A stretch of DNA of 64,000 nucleotides from NCBI RefSeq assembly GCF_003918875.1, contig NW_025767392.1, forward strand, positions 248,001-312,000, read 5' to 3'. The stretch comes from Haliotis rubra (lineage: Eukaryota). The notes beneath the pieces were generated by a model. The model did not search any database, was not told the DNA's origin, and saw nothing but the letters and a program-made list of their open reading frames with translations. This document shows, piece by piece, positions 48,851 to 62,080 of this stretch (position 1 is the stretch's first letter; every line of letters starts with the position of its first letter). Both the position numbers and the translations under genes were made by a program.

Positions 48851-51800
48851 AGCAAACCGACACTCCATGATCAACGAGGACACGTGACCAGAACATAATT
48901 TGTTAAACATCAAGCACATTCCTATGGTTGTTTTCATATATGGACACAGCAGATAATTTCATATATGCTTTCATTCGGAAAGTGAAGTATGTGTATATAT
49001 AAAATTTTATTTTCTAGCATTGCCATTGAAAAACATAGTTTTATTACTTCCTTTTTAAAACTGTTTCTGAAGAGAGAATACAATGCAACCATTCTGAATA
49101 ACACATATAGGATTCAGATTTAAGATTCACAAATCGTAATCGAGACGGGAAGCTATATGATGACCTTAGGAGAACGCATAACTTGTCAGTTGACACGATT
49201 TATTATCAATGAAGATCTTACCGGACCCGAGCAGTGCAAGGTCGAAGGGCCCGCCAACTGGTCTTGTATAAGAAAGTTGAGGCGTCATGGGTGACCAGCG
49301 GGGTCATGCATCCTCATAAAGATGGGGGACGGGCCGGCGAGAAAGGTGGCCAACAGCACTTCGATGAAGTGTGCAAGTCTACTAAACTCAAAGTGGTGAT
49401 TAGTCTGAGTCAAGACAAATGAATACTATTACAGTCATGAGATAACTTGTTTGAAATACCCATAATGCCCTTGCACGATCTCATGAACAGTTACTGTCGA
49501 TAGTCATCATGACTCCATGCTTTACATATGTTAACATCAGTATAACTGTACATAAAACTGTGTTGTTTACAGTAACATTGCGCTTTTGCAGAGATTCACA
49601 TGTGATGTAAATGAACAATTTATATGATTTAGATAAATATGATAATATGTGCTCATGAAGTTGTCAATGCCTCCCTTCACGTCTTCAGTCAGTGACACGC
49701 ATCGCCAGATGTTAACGGTGAACGCGCTGCGAATGTTGTGAAGCACGTGCACGTGAGTGTGTGGGATGCACCAGCAGTGTATCCGTGCTCTACATGCTAT
49801 GTAACGGTTCTGTCTACTACAGACAGACAACACGTACTTATAATAGATCGTCCATACAAGTAAACTGTGAGCTTCCTCCGATGATAACGAGTCCCAGTGT
49901 ACCAACTTGATTTTTATGCATACTATGATTTTGCTTGCTTGGTTCCTCATTTCATTAAAATGCACATACAAATACACATTTGTTTGCATCTCTAACCAGG
50001 TGTAATCTTGAATACGAGTGGACGTTGCTTAGCATAGCATTGACTACATGCATAATACGTTGTGTAGTATATGTGCAACATATACAGTATTGCAGTATGC
50101 ATATTACAGTAAGGGCTGGACAGAAGGGCAAATAATATCGGTCTGTGACTGTGATACAGACTGGGACAAGGTATGGAAAACCAACAATTTGGACAACAGA
50201 CCATTGTTTGGGTCTTTTAATTGTAAATATGATTCAAATAGCTTAACCTAGATTTCGATATCCTCGAATGTACATTTGGTTGAAACTGGAAAATATACAT
50301 TTATCCCGAGACAAGAACGAATGTTTACATATAATTCAAAAGTATGACAGCACGAGTATCCATTTTGTCTCCAGGTCACGGAGAATCATTGGTGTAGGGG
50401 CTCGTATTGCAATTCTCGTGCGTTTGCATGTGTTGTTGACGCGGCATGGACGCCTTGTAACATCACTATTTGATTATGATTCACAAACACATGCTCATGA
50501 TATGGTCGGAATCATGCCACGGATTAGCAGATATTTATCATGAAAACAGGTTTTTATGTAGGTGGCTTGAAACTTGCTTTTAGGAAGGCCAATAGATTCG
50601 ATCACAATACTTTTCGTTTTACAACTTCTTTTCTCTTAACATGCTGACCTCAAAACTGATTTAAATTCTAATCCCTGATTAAAGAGTAAGACAATAAATA
50701 GTATGCCAAATTATCGTTACCATGACAACCCTGTGATATTTCACCTTATGTAAGAGAGTAATAAATACGATGCTAGGTATGGCAGTACTACTGCAGCTGA
50801 TAGTGTCTGTCGTAAATTTTAATAAGTTGCTTCAACGCTATCACTAATCACTGGGTATCTATACAATTATATGTGTGATGGAGGAGATCTTGCGTCGCTA
50901 GTTTTCTCAATAATTTGAATACATGTATGTAGCGTGAAACCGGCAGATACCTATAGAAGAAAGTGTTTGCCCTACCTGTAACAACGATGTCTCGTGTCTA
51001 TAGAAGGGATATAATATGGGGATGAATGGCATGTACTTTTATCTTGGCCCGTTTATGAAGATAAATACTGCGATCTTTCACAATAATCTCTCTGGCTATC
51101 AGATTGAGGGTACTATTTAAACATAACTGGTATTTCAATTATTGTATTTATACAGTAACATTCTTCAAACGTTCTCCACATACGTCCGTCAGATACATCG
51201 CGCACTACCCCTTTCTCTTTTGATCTCTCAAACGACTGTTACAAGTTCGGAGAATCCTGGTCAAAGTTGAAACGTCTTAAGACTATTCCCTACTATTCTG
51301 TAACATGCACATTGTACCTAAAATGGGTAGAGCTTCCGTTCGGGGGAATATCAGAAGGACAGCGATACACTTGTCTCCAATGTTGTAGAAGACACTCCAC
51401 TTACTTAGGAAAACAATAACCCAATGAGATATTGCATTCATGTCGGATTCAGTTTTTTCGGCCCCTATCAGATGTGAACTTGAACATGCAAGGTCTGCGT
51501 CTATGTCAGACTAAAGGTCTACGAGTTGTTTAGCAGCACTGGGGCGTAATAGTCATATAGGCCTGCTCCAAACAACGGAATATATATATTTTGAGAAGGA
51601 CTTCTCCGACGGGTAAAGGTACAGCAATGCAACATTACGACAAAAAATCTTTTTCACTATTTTTCATTTCATGTCTCACAGAATATATAATTTGATGGGC
51701 GAGAGTTTTTAATATCGTTCTAACTTAGTCGAATTAACTCAAAATGAGCTGAAATTTGTGTGATCATGATACACTCATTATAAACATACACTCATTCATT

Positions 51801-52084
51801 TACAACCTGGGCGAAATATCGCCCTAAGTTGAATTCAAAATGAGTTGAATTTTGCAAGATGCTTATAAACATACACTCATTCATTTCGCCCATGGGCAAA
51901 CTTAAACATTCGCCCATGGGCTGGCCCATGGGCGAGCGAGTTTAAATCTAAAGTTTTCGCAAAATATTTTTCATTTTTCATCCTTGGCATATATTCATAA
52001 CAACTGGTTTAATTTGGTCAAATCACTTGTCAGAAAGTACCCACAGTGCGGAGAGTTTCTGGACTTTTGTGAGTCCAGAATTTA

Positions 52085-52270
52085 ATTGTGACGTGTTAAT
52101 GACATTTGTTATACTTTTAACACAGCGATGGCTAACAGGTGGCAAAGTCTTGCCACCATCAGTAACATTTGAAACAGATACAAAATATTCATTTAATGTT
52201 TGAGCTTTATCCAAATCTGTAAAAACTGAAGGTATCCCAGAATCATCAGTGACAAGAAGGGGAAGTACTA
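52085..52270 (-). mobile_element. LINE ORF2 fragment (region between endonuclease and RT)
   Basis: DKAQTLNEYFVSVS fits the KAxxLNxYFxSV motif of CR1-group ORF2. Confidence 0.6.
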
Positions 52271-52684
52271 AACACCTGATTGAGTAGACTGAGGTGATAA
52301 ATAGTTATCAAAATTAGAATAAAACTTTCCCTTGGCTATTCTTTTCAGATTATTTACTTTATTCCTTTGCTTTTTGTATTTAAATAGCTCAGAAGTATTC
52401 AGAGATCGAAATACTTTTTTCCTTAGACGTTCTCATTTCTTTTAAGTATGTTACGAGGGGCGTTGAAAAAGTAGTCAAACTAATTATATTCTCGATGTCC
52501 AATGTTTGAAAAGAAGCTTCCATTTTATTTTGAAGGAATCATTAGCAAAGTCATATCCAAAATTTCATGTGGGTAATGTGGTTAACGAGATATTAGTCAT
52601 CACAACATTGGGGTATTATGTTTCTTGCAAATTTGCAGAAAATGGAAAACGATCTCCCATTTGGTATCTAGTAATAGTAATAGT

Positions 52685-53030
52685 CTGCTTATAAGGCGCT
52701 CACCATCCAGGCACATTGCCTGCTCACGGCGCTACGTACATTACTATCCCCGATCATAGGACACTATCGTAGTTTCCGATACTTTTTCAACTCCCTGGGG
52801 ACTGTACAGCCATGCTGCATGTTAGGCGCAATGAACTAAACACTCACATTGCCAGCACATACTCACGGGTACCCATTTTACAGCTGGGTGAACTGAGACA
52901 GTGTAGATCTAAGTATCATGTCCAAGGATACTACGCAAATGTGCCCATCTCGAGAACCGAACCTCGGTGCCTCCTCGAAACAGGGCCTTCAGCGTGATAG
53001 GCAGACGCCTTACAACTGCACTATTGCGCT
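52685..53030 (-). mobile_element. CORE-type (MIR-like) SINE
   Basis: acccattttacagctgggtgaactgagacagtgtagatctaagtatcatgtccaagga resembles the MIR/CORE domain; tRNA-like remnant at ~52955-53030. Confidence 0.7.
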
Positions 53031-53904
53031 ATCTCTTGGATAATGGTATACCCTCAGATAATATCATATAAAATATGTTCAGCATAGTATTGGATGACTT
53101 CCCGTCATCATCAACATTCAAAGATGTGGATTGCTTGATTTACATTTAGACGGGGGCTAGTTTTTTTAGGACACCCTCATTTTAAATTTTCAAAAACATT
53201 GTGTCCAGATATACAACATATTGAGAGCTGACACTTGTGTGACCATTCAGTATTTAGTTTGAACCCTTGACATCATGTATGAATAAGTGAAAACTTTAGG
53301 ATGAGTTATATCCTTATGATGACGTCAACTGAAAGGGGGTGGGTAGTGTCTCCAAAACAAGCCCTTTCAGTAAACATGAAGGGGAGTCACTTGAACAAGC
53401 AATTATAGTTTAAGATTGCTTTTTTGTGCAGTTTAATATCTATGTTTGACTTTTACCAACATACAACATGTTTTTTGCATATTTTGTTTCAACTGGTGTA
53501 GGGGGATTCCCGCCAATACAACTTGATATAAAATTGGATCAAAATCTATTAATTCTTTCCTAAGTTCGCGGCTACCAAGCTTGGCATGTGCAAAACTGTT
53601 ACACCTTCGCTGTGACCTTTAAAATAACCTCAAGGTCACTAAATTCAAGTGGTGTCGGTTAATCTCGTCAATAAACCTTGGTACCAAATTTGAACAAAAT
53701 CCATCATTTCTTTCTCGAGTTCTTTCAGTAAACCGAAGGGGGAGTCATTTGAACAAGCGATTGTAGTTTCAAATTGCCTTTTTGTGCAGTTTAATATCTA
53801 AGTTTGATTCTAGCCGACCTCTACCAATCTCAAACATACAAAAATGTTTCTTGCATATTTTGTTTCCTGAAGTTTAATTTGTGATGCATTTCATTGCTAG
53901 TCAA

Positions 53905-54138
53905 CTAGGCTATTCCATTTGTCCGAACCACAACATACGGAGACAGATCATTTAGCAGACCGGGTGCTGTACTCTGGAATTGATTACCTGAAAATGTCAG
54001 AAAACGGAAAATATCAACAGTTTCCGATCTTGTCGCAAAACCATCCTCTTCAAACGAGCATTCGACTAAGCGCACATGAGCAGGACTCTGGATATGTAGC
54101 GCTATACAAATGTGTAATTTGATTTGATTTGATTTGAT
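53905..54138 (+). mobile_element. 3' end of an L2/CR1-group LINE within the right inverted arm
   Basis: PFVRTTTYGDRSFSRPGAVLWN*LPENVR (YGxRxFSxxxxxLWNxLP motif), short 3' UTR and (GATTT)n tail; absent from the left arm. Confidence 0.8.
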
Positions 54139-54758
54139 ATACCCGTTAGAAACCCATCCCCACCCCACCCCACTTTATATTTATACATATCAAAACCTTA
54201 AAAGATATTTGCGAAAAGACATGATACAGAGGACAGTAAGAGATTTTATATCGATTATATATCAGGACGAATATCATTTTTGTCATTTGGCTAAGATTTG
54301 TCAGTTCTTTCTTGGGTTATCGCGCTAACAATCTTTATATTGGCAAAACCCTCAGAATTTTGCTGTGACCTTGAAAATTATCTCAAGGTCACTCCATTTC
54401 ACTTGTGTCGGTGAATCTCGCCAATATACCTTGGTACCAAATTTGAACAAAATCCATCATTTCTTTCTTGAGTTATCGCCCTAACAAGCTTATTTGATGT
54501 ATGAAATGCAACGAAAAACAAACACCCGCGTATTTACGAGTGATTAAAACTGTTATTACAATTTACGTAAATATTTATTACATTTTACTGCAACGAAAAT
54601 TATTACAATTTACGTCAATTTTTATTACAATTTGCGTATTACAATTTACGTCAATTTTTTTTTTACAATTTACGTTTTTATTACAATTTACGTCAAGTTT
54701 ATTACAATTTGCTGCAAGTATTACAATTTGCGTTTTTATTACAATTCACGTCGTAACA

Positions 54759-54857
54759 GCCCCATTTCACAAAGCAATCGTAGCGCTAGGATGATCGTAA
54801 CTCTCATCATTGACTTACAACAGTCGTAGTGCTAAGGCTTCTTTGTGAAACAGGGCC
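54759..54857. mobile_element. Palindromic PIF/Harbinger-like MITE with its left terminus interrupted
   Basis: gccccatttcacaaag ... ctttgtgaaacagggcc; GGCC-type end; core tagcgcta.gat..tcgtaa shared with the MITE at 56775. Confidence 0.75.
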
Positions 54858-55131
54858 ACTGGGTATCTTCCTCCTTTTTTCATAATTCTGAAACTTGAGG
54901 AGATATGTTCCAGTCGGACACAGTGCGGACACAAATGCGACAATCCCAGACTGGTGTTCGTTAGTATCAACAGATTCACAGATTAAGATAGTTGGTTTGT
55001 GAACACAGTATCCTACGTTGTTGATTTCACCAAAGCGTTATACGTTTGACCTACACTTACGACTTTCCTCAAACGTCAAGTTGACACGCATTAACATTAA
55101 CTGAGATATTGCTACGAGATATCGTACAACT

Positions 55132-55439
55132 ACAGCTGCAACGATTCACCAAGACCTCGATTCGATTTTCTATATTGGACCCTCGATTCGATCATTTTCG
55201 ATTCGATTCTTCATACAAGTAAAAACATCAGATGTCATTGAACTCTCAGAGTTTATTAAACAAAACATATCACACTGAAATCAGGAATGTAAATGATGTA
55301 ACCTTTTTCAAACAAATAAAATATGATGTTTAAACGCAGAACAGCACTCAAATATCGAACCGAAATAGTGATAATGATCATCGAAACTCGAAACTGAGGT
55401 ATCGATTTTCGATAAATCGAACCGAATCTTTGCAGCCGC
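55132..55439. mobile_element. hAT-like non-autonomous element
   Basis: Ends cagctgcaacgattc ... gaatctttgcagccg, with subterminal (T)TCGAT / ATCGAA motif clusters in opposite orientation. Confidence 0.55.
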
Positions 55440-55467
55440 GTCAAATTCCAAAACTAGCTCTTTCTGC

Positions 55468-56624
55468 TGTTGACAGTAGAGTGAGTGCAACTGAGTTTTG
55501 ATCCAGGATGTCGGTATGGTGTTGACAGTTGAGTGAGTGTAACTGGGTTTTGATCCAGGATGTCGGTATGGTGTTGACAGTTGAGTGAGTGCAACTGAGT
55601 TTTGATCCAGGATGTCGGTATGGTGTTGACAGTTGAGTGAGTGTAACTGGGTTTTGATCCAGGATGTCGGTATGGCGTTGACAGTTGAGTGAGTGAGTGT
55701 AACTGGGTTTTGATCCAGGATGTCGGTATGGTGTTGACAGTTGAGTGAGTGTAACTGGGTTTGATCCAGGATGTCGATATGGTGTTGTAACAGTTGAGTG
55801 AGTGTAACTGGGTTTTGATCCAGGATGTCGATATGGTGTTGACAGTTGAGTGAGTGCAACTGGGTTTTGATCCAGGATGTCGGTATGGTGTTGACAGTTG
55901 AGTGAGTGTAACTGGGTTTTGATCCAGGATGTCGGTATGGTGTTGACAGTTGAGTGAGTGTAACTGGGTTTTGATCTAGGATGTCGGTATGGTGTTGACA
56001 GTTGAGTGAGTGTAACTGGGTTTTGATCCAGGATGTCGGTATGGTGTTGACAGTTGAGTGAGTGTAACTGGGTTTTGATCCAGGATGTCGGTATGGTGTT
56101 GACAGTTGAGTGAGTGTAACTGGGTTTTGATCCAGGATGTCGGTATGGTGTTGACAGTTGAGTGAGTGTAACTGGGTTTTGATCCAGGATGTCGGTATGG
56201 TGTTGACAGTTGATTGAGTGCAACTAGGTTTTGATCCAGGATGTCGGTATGGTGTTGACAGTTGATTGAGTGCAACTAGGTTTTGATCCAGGATGTCGAT
56301 ATGGTGTTGACAGTTGAGTGAGTGTAACTGGGTTTTGATCCAGGATGTCGATATGGTGTTGACAGTTGATTGAGTGCAACTAGGTTTTCATCCAGGATGT
56401 CGGTATGGTGTTGACAGTTGAGTGAGTGCAACTAGGTTTTGATCCAGGATGTCGGTATGGTGTTGACAGTTGATTGAGTGCAACTAGGTTTTGATCCAGG
56501 ATGTCGGTATGGTGTTGACAGTTGATTGAGTGCAACTGGGTTTTGATCCAGGATGTCAGTATGGTGTTGTCAGTTGAGTGAGTGCAACTGGGTTTTGATC
56601 TAGGATGCCAGTATGGTGTTGACA
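55468..56624. repeat. 52-bp minisatellite ~660 bp upstream of claudin-like gene B
   Basis: Unit GTTGACAGTTGAGTGAGTGTAACTGGGTTTTGATCCAGGATGTCGGTATGGT, about 22 copies. Confidence 0.97.
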
Positions 56625-56758
56625 AACCTTGAAACACGATCGGGACGAACCAAGATTTAAATCATAAACCTCTGGAGAGACCCAACTCTGAACAGCGAAA
56701 TTTCGGCGCCTTAGCCGAGAGTGCCATCACTGCTGCCTTGTGCTTCATGCAACCAATG

Positions 56759-57010
56759 GCAGTGGGGGAGCTTGGGTCTAGATTTTCGAAGCTCTCTTAG
56801 CGCTAAGATAGTTGTAAGTGCCATACATGAACATTAACTTACGACTATCTTAGCGCTAAGAGAGCTTCGAAAATCTAGGCCCTGGTGATTAAAGCGTTCG
56901 CTCATCACACCGAAGCCCCAGGTTCGACTTCCCACATGGTTACAATGTGTGAAGCCCGTATCTGGTGTCCCCGGCCGTGATATTAATGGAATAGTGCTAA
57001 AAGCGGCGAT
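56759..57010 (+). mobile_element. SINE family B interrupted in its A box by a palindromic Harbinger-like MITE (56775-56881)
   Basis: GGTCTAGATTTTCGAAGCTCTCTTAGCGCTAAGATAG...CTATCTTAGCGCTAAGAGAGCTTCGAAAATCTAGGCC, flanked by TTG/CTG. Removing it restores a SINE head gggggagcctggtgattaaagcgttcgctc. Confidence 0.85.
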
Positions 57011-57283
57011 TGAAGATAGTGAAAAAGAATCAGACACAATATTCTCGCTGACACTATATGCAGTCCCACTCATAACACCCATGATTTACAACTAATGTTT
57101 GATCAACAGTGGGCCATACACTCGTGAAGCAGCCATAAAGCAATAAACCATGGCAAGCCGGTTGTTGCAGCAACGCCTAAACACAAACACTCTCCCACTG
57201 ATCGCGCCACATCAGTCTGTTCGAGAAGTTGCAGAGGGAACGGCGTTATCTCTAGTTGCTGAGGTTATCTAATACCAATCACC

Positions 57284-60200
57284 ATGGGAATAAAGGATAG
57301 CTTCATGGGAGCATCTGTGTTGATGAAGGTGTGCTTCCTGGTGCTGCTGGTGGCCCAGGTGTGCAACTACATCGCCTTCACCATCCCGCAGTGGGGGAAG
57401 AGGTACACGGCTCCGGTTGGAGACTTCTTCGTTGGGTATGGTCTGTGGAGGTTGTGTAGTAACTCAGAACTCCCCTCAGCGTGTGGTCAGTTGGATGGAA
57501 CCAGACTAGGTAGGTCACTCTAATATGTCGATAAGGGAAATGTTTACGTGCTAAAAGTATGGTAACATTTTAAAGAAATATAATTTAAGTTCTGTGAGTA
57601 GCCTCACTGTTTTGCTTCTAGATGTTTAGAATATCGCTATTAATGAAGCAGAGTTAATTCACCCACTCCTATACATTCCTATACTTTCTTGTCCACTGGA
57701 ACACGGGGATTGGTGAAATTATATATACAAATAAATGTAAATATTCTTGGCCACCATTTGTAGTTTGTGAGCCATGCCGATTGAGTACTTCAGTTCCAAT
57801 CTTAGTAACTTCAGCGAAGTGACCCATAGCAATGAGCAGTCACGTCAATGTATTGTGAAAACATAGTTATCATGACGTCTACCTTTGTTCATGTCACAGA
57901 AGGTTTGATATTAGTATATTGTGATAACAGCTTGCGCTTACATTGTTTCTCAGAAGTGAACTTATGGGCATTACATAAATGATATAAGATTACGGAATTA
58001 TCTGTCCCGAGTATATCCTTATCATCCGGAATGTGAAGCCTGTATTTCAAGACATTTGGGGCAGCGAAAAATCTAAGACTGCGTTGGGTCATATTCCTAT
58101 CCCCTGTCGCCTTCTAACATGTTGGCATGGATACAGAAATTATGTCTTCTCGCTGAATTTGGAGAATCCAATGCGCCAGATGTTAGCATCATTGTATATT
58201 TTCAATTGTAAATTAAACCACCTTGATTTCCTCCTATGTTCGACAGGTTTGTGCTAACACTAAACTTGACACTGGTTACACTGATCTATTTCAGACTGGT
58301 ACGCCGCTGTGCAGGCTATGTCTGTGTTTGGCTTTGTCGGAATCAACGTTGCGTTCCTTGTGGTGACTCTTCAGATATTTTCTTCCATGTGCAAAGGTGT
58401 CAGTGACCTCGGCTTCTGGAACGCCCTCTGTTGCTTTCTAACTGGTAAATACGTCTACAGTGTTTGTTTGTTGTTTTACGCCGACAGCGGTCTGTAAATA
58501 ATCGAGTCTGGACCAGACATTCCTGTGATTTACAGCATGAGCATCGATCTACGCAATAAGGATTACGATGACATGTGTCAGCCAAGTCAGCAAGCCTGAC
58601 CAGCCGATCCCGTTAGTCGTCTCATACGACAAGCAAGGGTTGCTGAAGAGCTGTTCTAAGCCGGATCTTCGCGAGTACGTCTACACTGACACGGGTGACT
58701 AATTCGGGTGTTATCATACCATGTACCGTGTACAATAAACCTTTACTGTAAGATGCACGGGAGGATCAGTGGTCAAGTGTGTAGGACTCCCTTTGTCCAT
58801 AGTATTTGCATGGATTCCCTACTACCTTAGATATTCCTACTGCGTTTGATCCTTGATCTGTCAACGTCATTCCTTAATTCGGAGCCTTCAGTGGAAACTT
58901 TATTCACTTACATATTTTTTCCTCATCAACGAATCCTCCCATAAACACTTTAATGCCACGGTACTATACAGCGAACATTTTTGTACAGGGCATATTGATT
59001 ACAATCAAGAAAGGGTGGTACAACTTCGGAATAGCTAGCACATACACTTTAGGACATCCATAAACTCAAACTCATCTCATCATGACCGATGCTATTATGA
59101 TTTAAACATTCATATTACTCGATTTCCTATGTATTTCAAGCTTAGATTGCTGTTTTTAATGTTACAAACTCATTACATAAAAACTTAATTGTGAAAATGG
59201 TTAGATGGTATAATTTCTGTTTAGACATTTTTACTGAACAGTGTTATATATGCACCGACAATATAAATATAACATTTAAATATATGCACTAACTGGCATC
59301 CGACAATACTTAAAAATACGAAATTTAACATTTAAAGGGCCGTATAAACATCGATCAAAGGATTAACCGATAACACGCTGATTGATTAATTACTTTTATC
59401 TTATTACAGCGGAATTGTCAAAATGTAGTGTTTATGTATGTAGATTTTACTAATCTATACTGAATACACTCTTGTCGTGTCGGTGTCTGCGTAAAACAAC
59501 GTCCTTCTTTCAAAGGATTAACCGGCAATACATTGATTGATTGCCCATTATTGGCTAACTAAATTACTGTTTTAAAGAAAGGCGGACATTATGCAATTAG
59601 TTGCCAGGTGTGCTATGTTGGGTGACCAATGAGACTATACACCAATACCTGAAAAGATTTATCACTTTTTCGTATATTAAACTGTTAAAAGACACATCAT
59701 TTGGAACAGTTTTGTGGATATTGATGGATACATTCCTCGAACAAGGTAATGGCCTGATATTGTTCCTATAACTTTAATCTGTTTTAATTTTAATATTTGC
59801 ATTTTGTTTTTATTCATTTGTCGTAGCATTCAACAGAATCATTGTTTTCGCCGTGAAGTGTAATGAGACAGACAACATGCACTAGGGTGTGTGCGAAGTA
59901 TGATTCACATTGGCAAACTATAAAATGTCCAGATATTACAGTTCTGTTATAAATTCACTATAAGTATCAGCAGATCGTCTGCTTTTTATTTAGTTTCAAA
60001 ATGCATACAAGTATGATAATAAACTAATTAGGATTATAAGACCAAATATAAAGACGCACATTGACTAGTATCTACATACTGGTGAGTGAACATTAACCAT
60101 GGGAATGTAGCAAGGAATTTATCGCGCAGTATTGTGACTTCGACCCCCACCTCGCTTCCGTGGAAGAAATCGTTATGTTATAAGTTGTGTCATGCAAAAT

Positions 60201-61473
60201 CCGTTTGGTTATGATTCCAATACATATTTAACTACGAGTAGAAAGTAGTCTTGATTTTCTAACTTGATGAAAACAAACTATAATCTCATTAATTCTAACA
60301 GATTTTTATTTTTAAAATGGCGGCGCCCTGTCGGGAACATCCGCCAGTCTGAGGATAAATGGTATTTAGGGTTTGTTTTCACCGAGTTAAAATCAAAACT
60401 ATTTTCTACTGGTAGTCAAATATGAATTTTATTGATGGCCAATAGCATTTTGCATGACATAAGCGTATAACACAACAATTTCTCTCGTGGCAGCGAGGTG
60501 GGTGTCAATATAATACTACTTACAATATTATTGTTACTTCGACCACAACCTCACTTCCGAGGAAGAAATCGTTATGTTACAAGTTGTGCCATAGAAAATC
60601 TTTATGGTCATCAATCATATGCATATTTTACTACAACTAGTAAGTAGTTTTGATTCTTTAACTTCCGTGAAGCGATCTGAACACAAGTAAGATATCGTTT
60701 CAGGCTTCCACAACGCTCGCTTCGCACTCCTCACAAACATAACCCATGTAGCACGAACTGCGGGCTCCTGTGGAAATCTGTGCATGGGGACACCATCGCC
60801 CGACCCCTAGGAGCAATTGACGACAAAGCAACGATTCGGCATTCGTCGTTGATGTCGAGAAATCATCAAAATGATGAGCGTGCTACACATTTTCTATACA
60901 ACTAACTGAAAATCGTTCCTCATATGACGTCACTGCAGTGCTCTGGCGACAGAGTTACGTAACCTGTCTGTGGTTTCGTTGGCGGGCGAGAGGGAAGCAG
61001 GCGACTTTTTGGCCACTTTTAATCGCTCGGTATTAATTAACCACAAGTTTTTAAAGAATAAATTTGGTGTTCCGCATAAGACTAACCACAAATCTTTCAT
61101 ATGTAATGGTTAAAAGAGTAACAAAAAACAAAGTTTATTGGTTCTTTAAAAGCGTTTCATCTTCAGGGCCCCAAAGTAGGTTTTCTGTGAACATAGGTTT
61201 CAAATTTATGAATGACTCACTTAGCAACCAACCTTTATAATTTATAACTTTATTCTGCTTCATCCAACAGGTGCGTGTTACCTGGTTGCTGTGATTATCT
61301 TCGGAACGAACTTTGACGACGGCTTCTTCAGCTACGTCGGCGGAGGGATCTTGCGGGAGGGGGAGTTCGGCTTCAGTTTCGGATTTGCCATTGTGGCGCT
61401 GATCTTAGAGATTGTGGCGGGAGTTCTTATCTTGCTGGACGGAAAGGGCGTCACTGTGACGTCACCGTCGTAA
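57284..61473 (+). CDS. Claudin/PMP22-superfamily tetraspan membrane protein B (3 exons, 192 aa), paralog of A
   Basis: Exons 57284-57509, 58295-58444, 61271-61473. PQW...GYGLWRLC...C signature, DWYAAVQAM TM2 lead-in, GFSFG before TM4. The 150-nt exon 2 and intron phases match gene A. Confidence 0.9.
58460..58676 (-). mobile_element. Short retroposon family A, ~15 bp into intron 2 of gene B
   Basis: Reverse-complement match; TSD ACGTCTACA. Confidence 0.88.
59336..61145. mobile_element. Possible Kolobok-like non-autonomous element in intron 2 of gene B
   Basis: TTAA|AGGGCCGTATAAAC ... GTTTATTGGTTCT|TTAA (imperfect short TIR, TTAA flanks); an internal ~150-bp module is present three times. Confidence 0.45.
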
Positions 61474-61949
61474 ACATGGAGCAGTCATGGCATTTCTCCT
61501 ACATAGACACCACTGCGTATACATGTATATTTATCTTTGTCACTTCTGGTGTGAGTTTCTTAAACGCTGTACAAGTATTTATATCTAAATAAGTGTTTTT
61601 CTTATGTCTGTACTTCTATTTTTGTAGTTGTTATGGCGTTGTGTTTTATGAACATAATATAGCATCCTATAGGATTGAGTTTGCGCCAGTCTAGGTCCAG
61701 ATGTTCTTTTGTCGACTGACATTGAAATAATGTCTGTGTTTACTTCAGGTAATTATTATGGTATATAAAGTGTATCAGAGGAGGCGTATGAATGACATAA
61801 ACATATTTGCTCGGACTGCCTGTTATTTCTGTATTTGGCGTCCGGAAAGGACCGTGCTTGTTCTCTGAAGGAAGAGTTATCAGGATAATTACAGGTGCGC
61901 TCTGGACAGGGAGGTACCTTCTTCGTAGGGAGGAGTCTATGTGATCTTA

Positions 61950-62080
61950 GAGGCGGTGGGGTAGTCTTATGGTTAAAGCAACCGCCCGTCACGCCCGTTT
62001 GATTCCCCACATGGGTGCAATATGTGAAGCCCATTTCTGATATTGCTGGAATATTGCTAAAACACACTTACTCACTCACT
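61950..62080 (+). mobile_element. tRNA-derived SINE family B
   Basis: gaggcggtggggtagtcttatggttaaagc...gattccccacatggg...gctggaatattgctaaa...actcactcact. Confidence 0.82.

Larger units (their letters stand above)
44311..54758. mobile_element. Large foldback-like element bounded by ~1.2-kb inverted arms (44311-45495 and ~53490-54758)
   Basis: Termini TGTTACGACGTG...CACGTCGTAACA; subterminal tandem GTAAATTGTAATAA motifs. ORFs 44313-44540(-) and 54501-54794(+) share an identical N-terminus. Joining the flanks rebuilds a MITE TIR. No transposase ORF seen inside. Confidence 0.8.

Noticed and set aside
55308-56637. Repetitive His/Thr-rich ORFs
   Set aside because: Translations of the 52-bp minisatellite in several frames.
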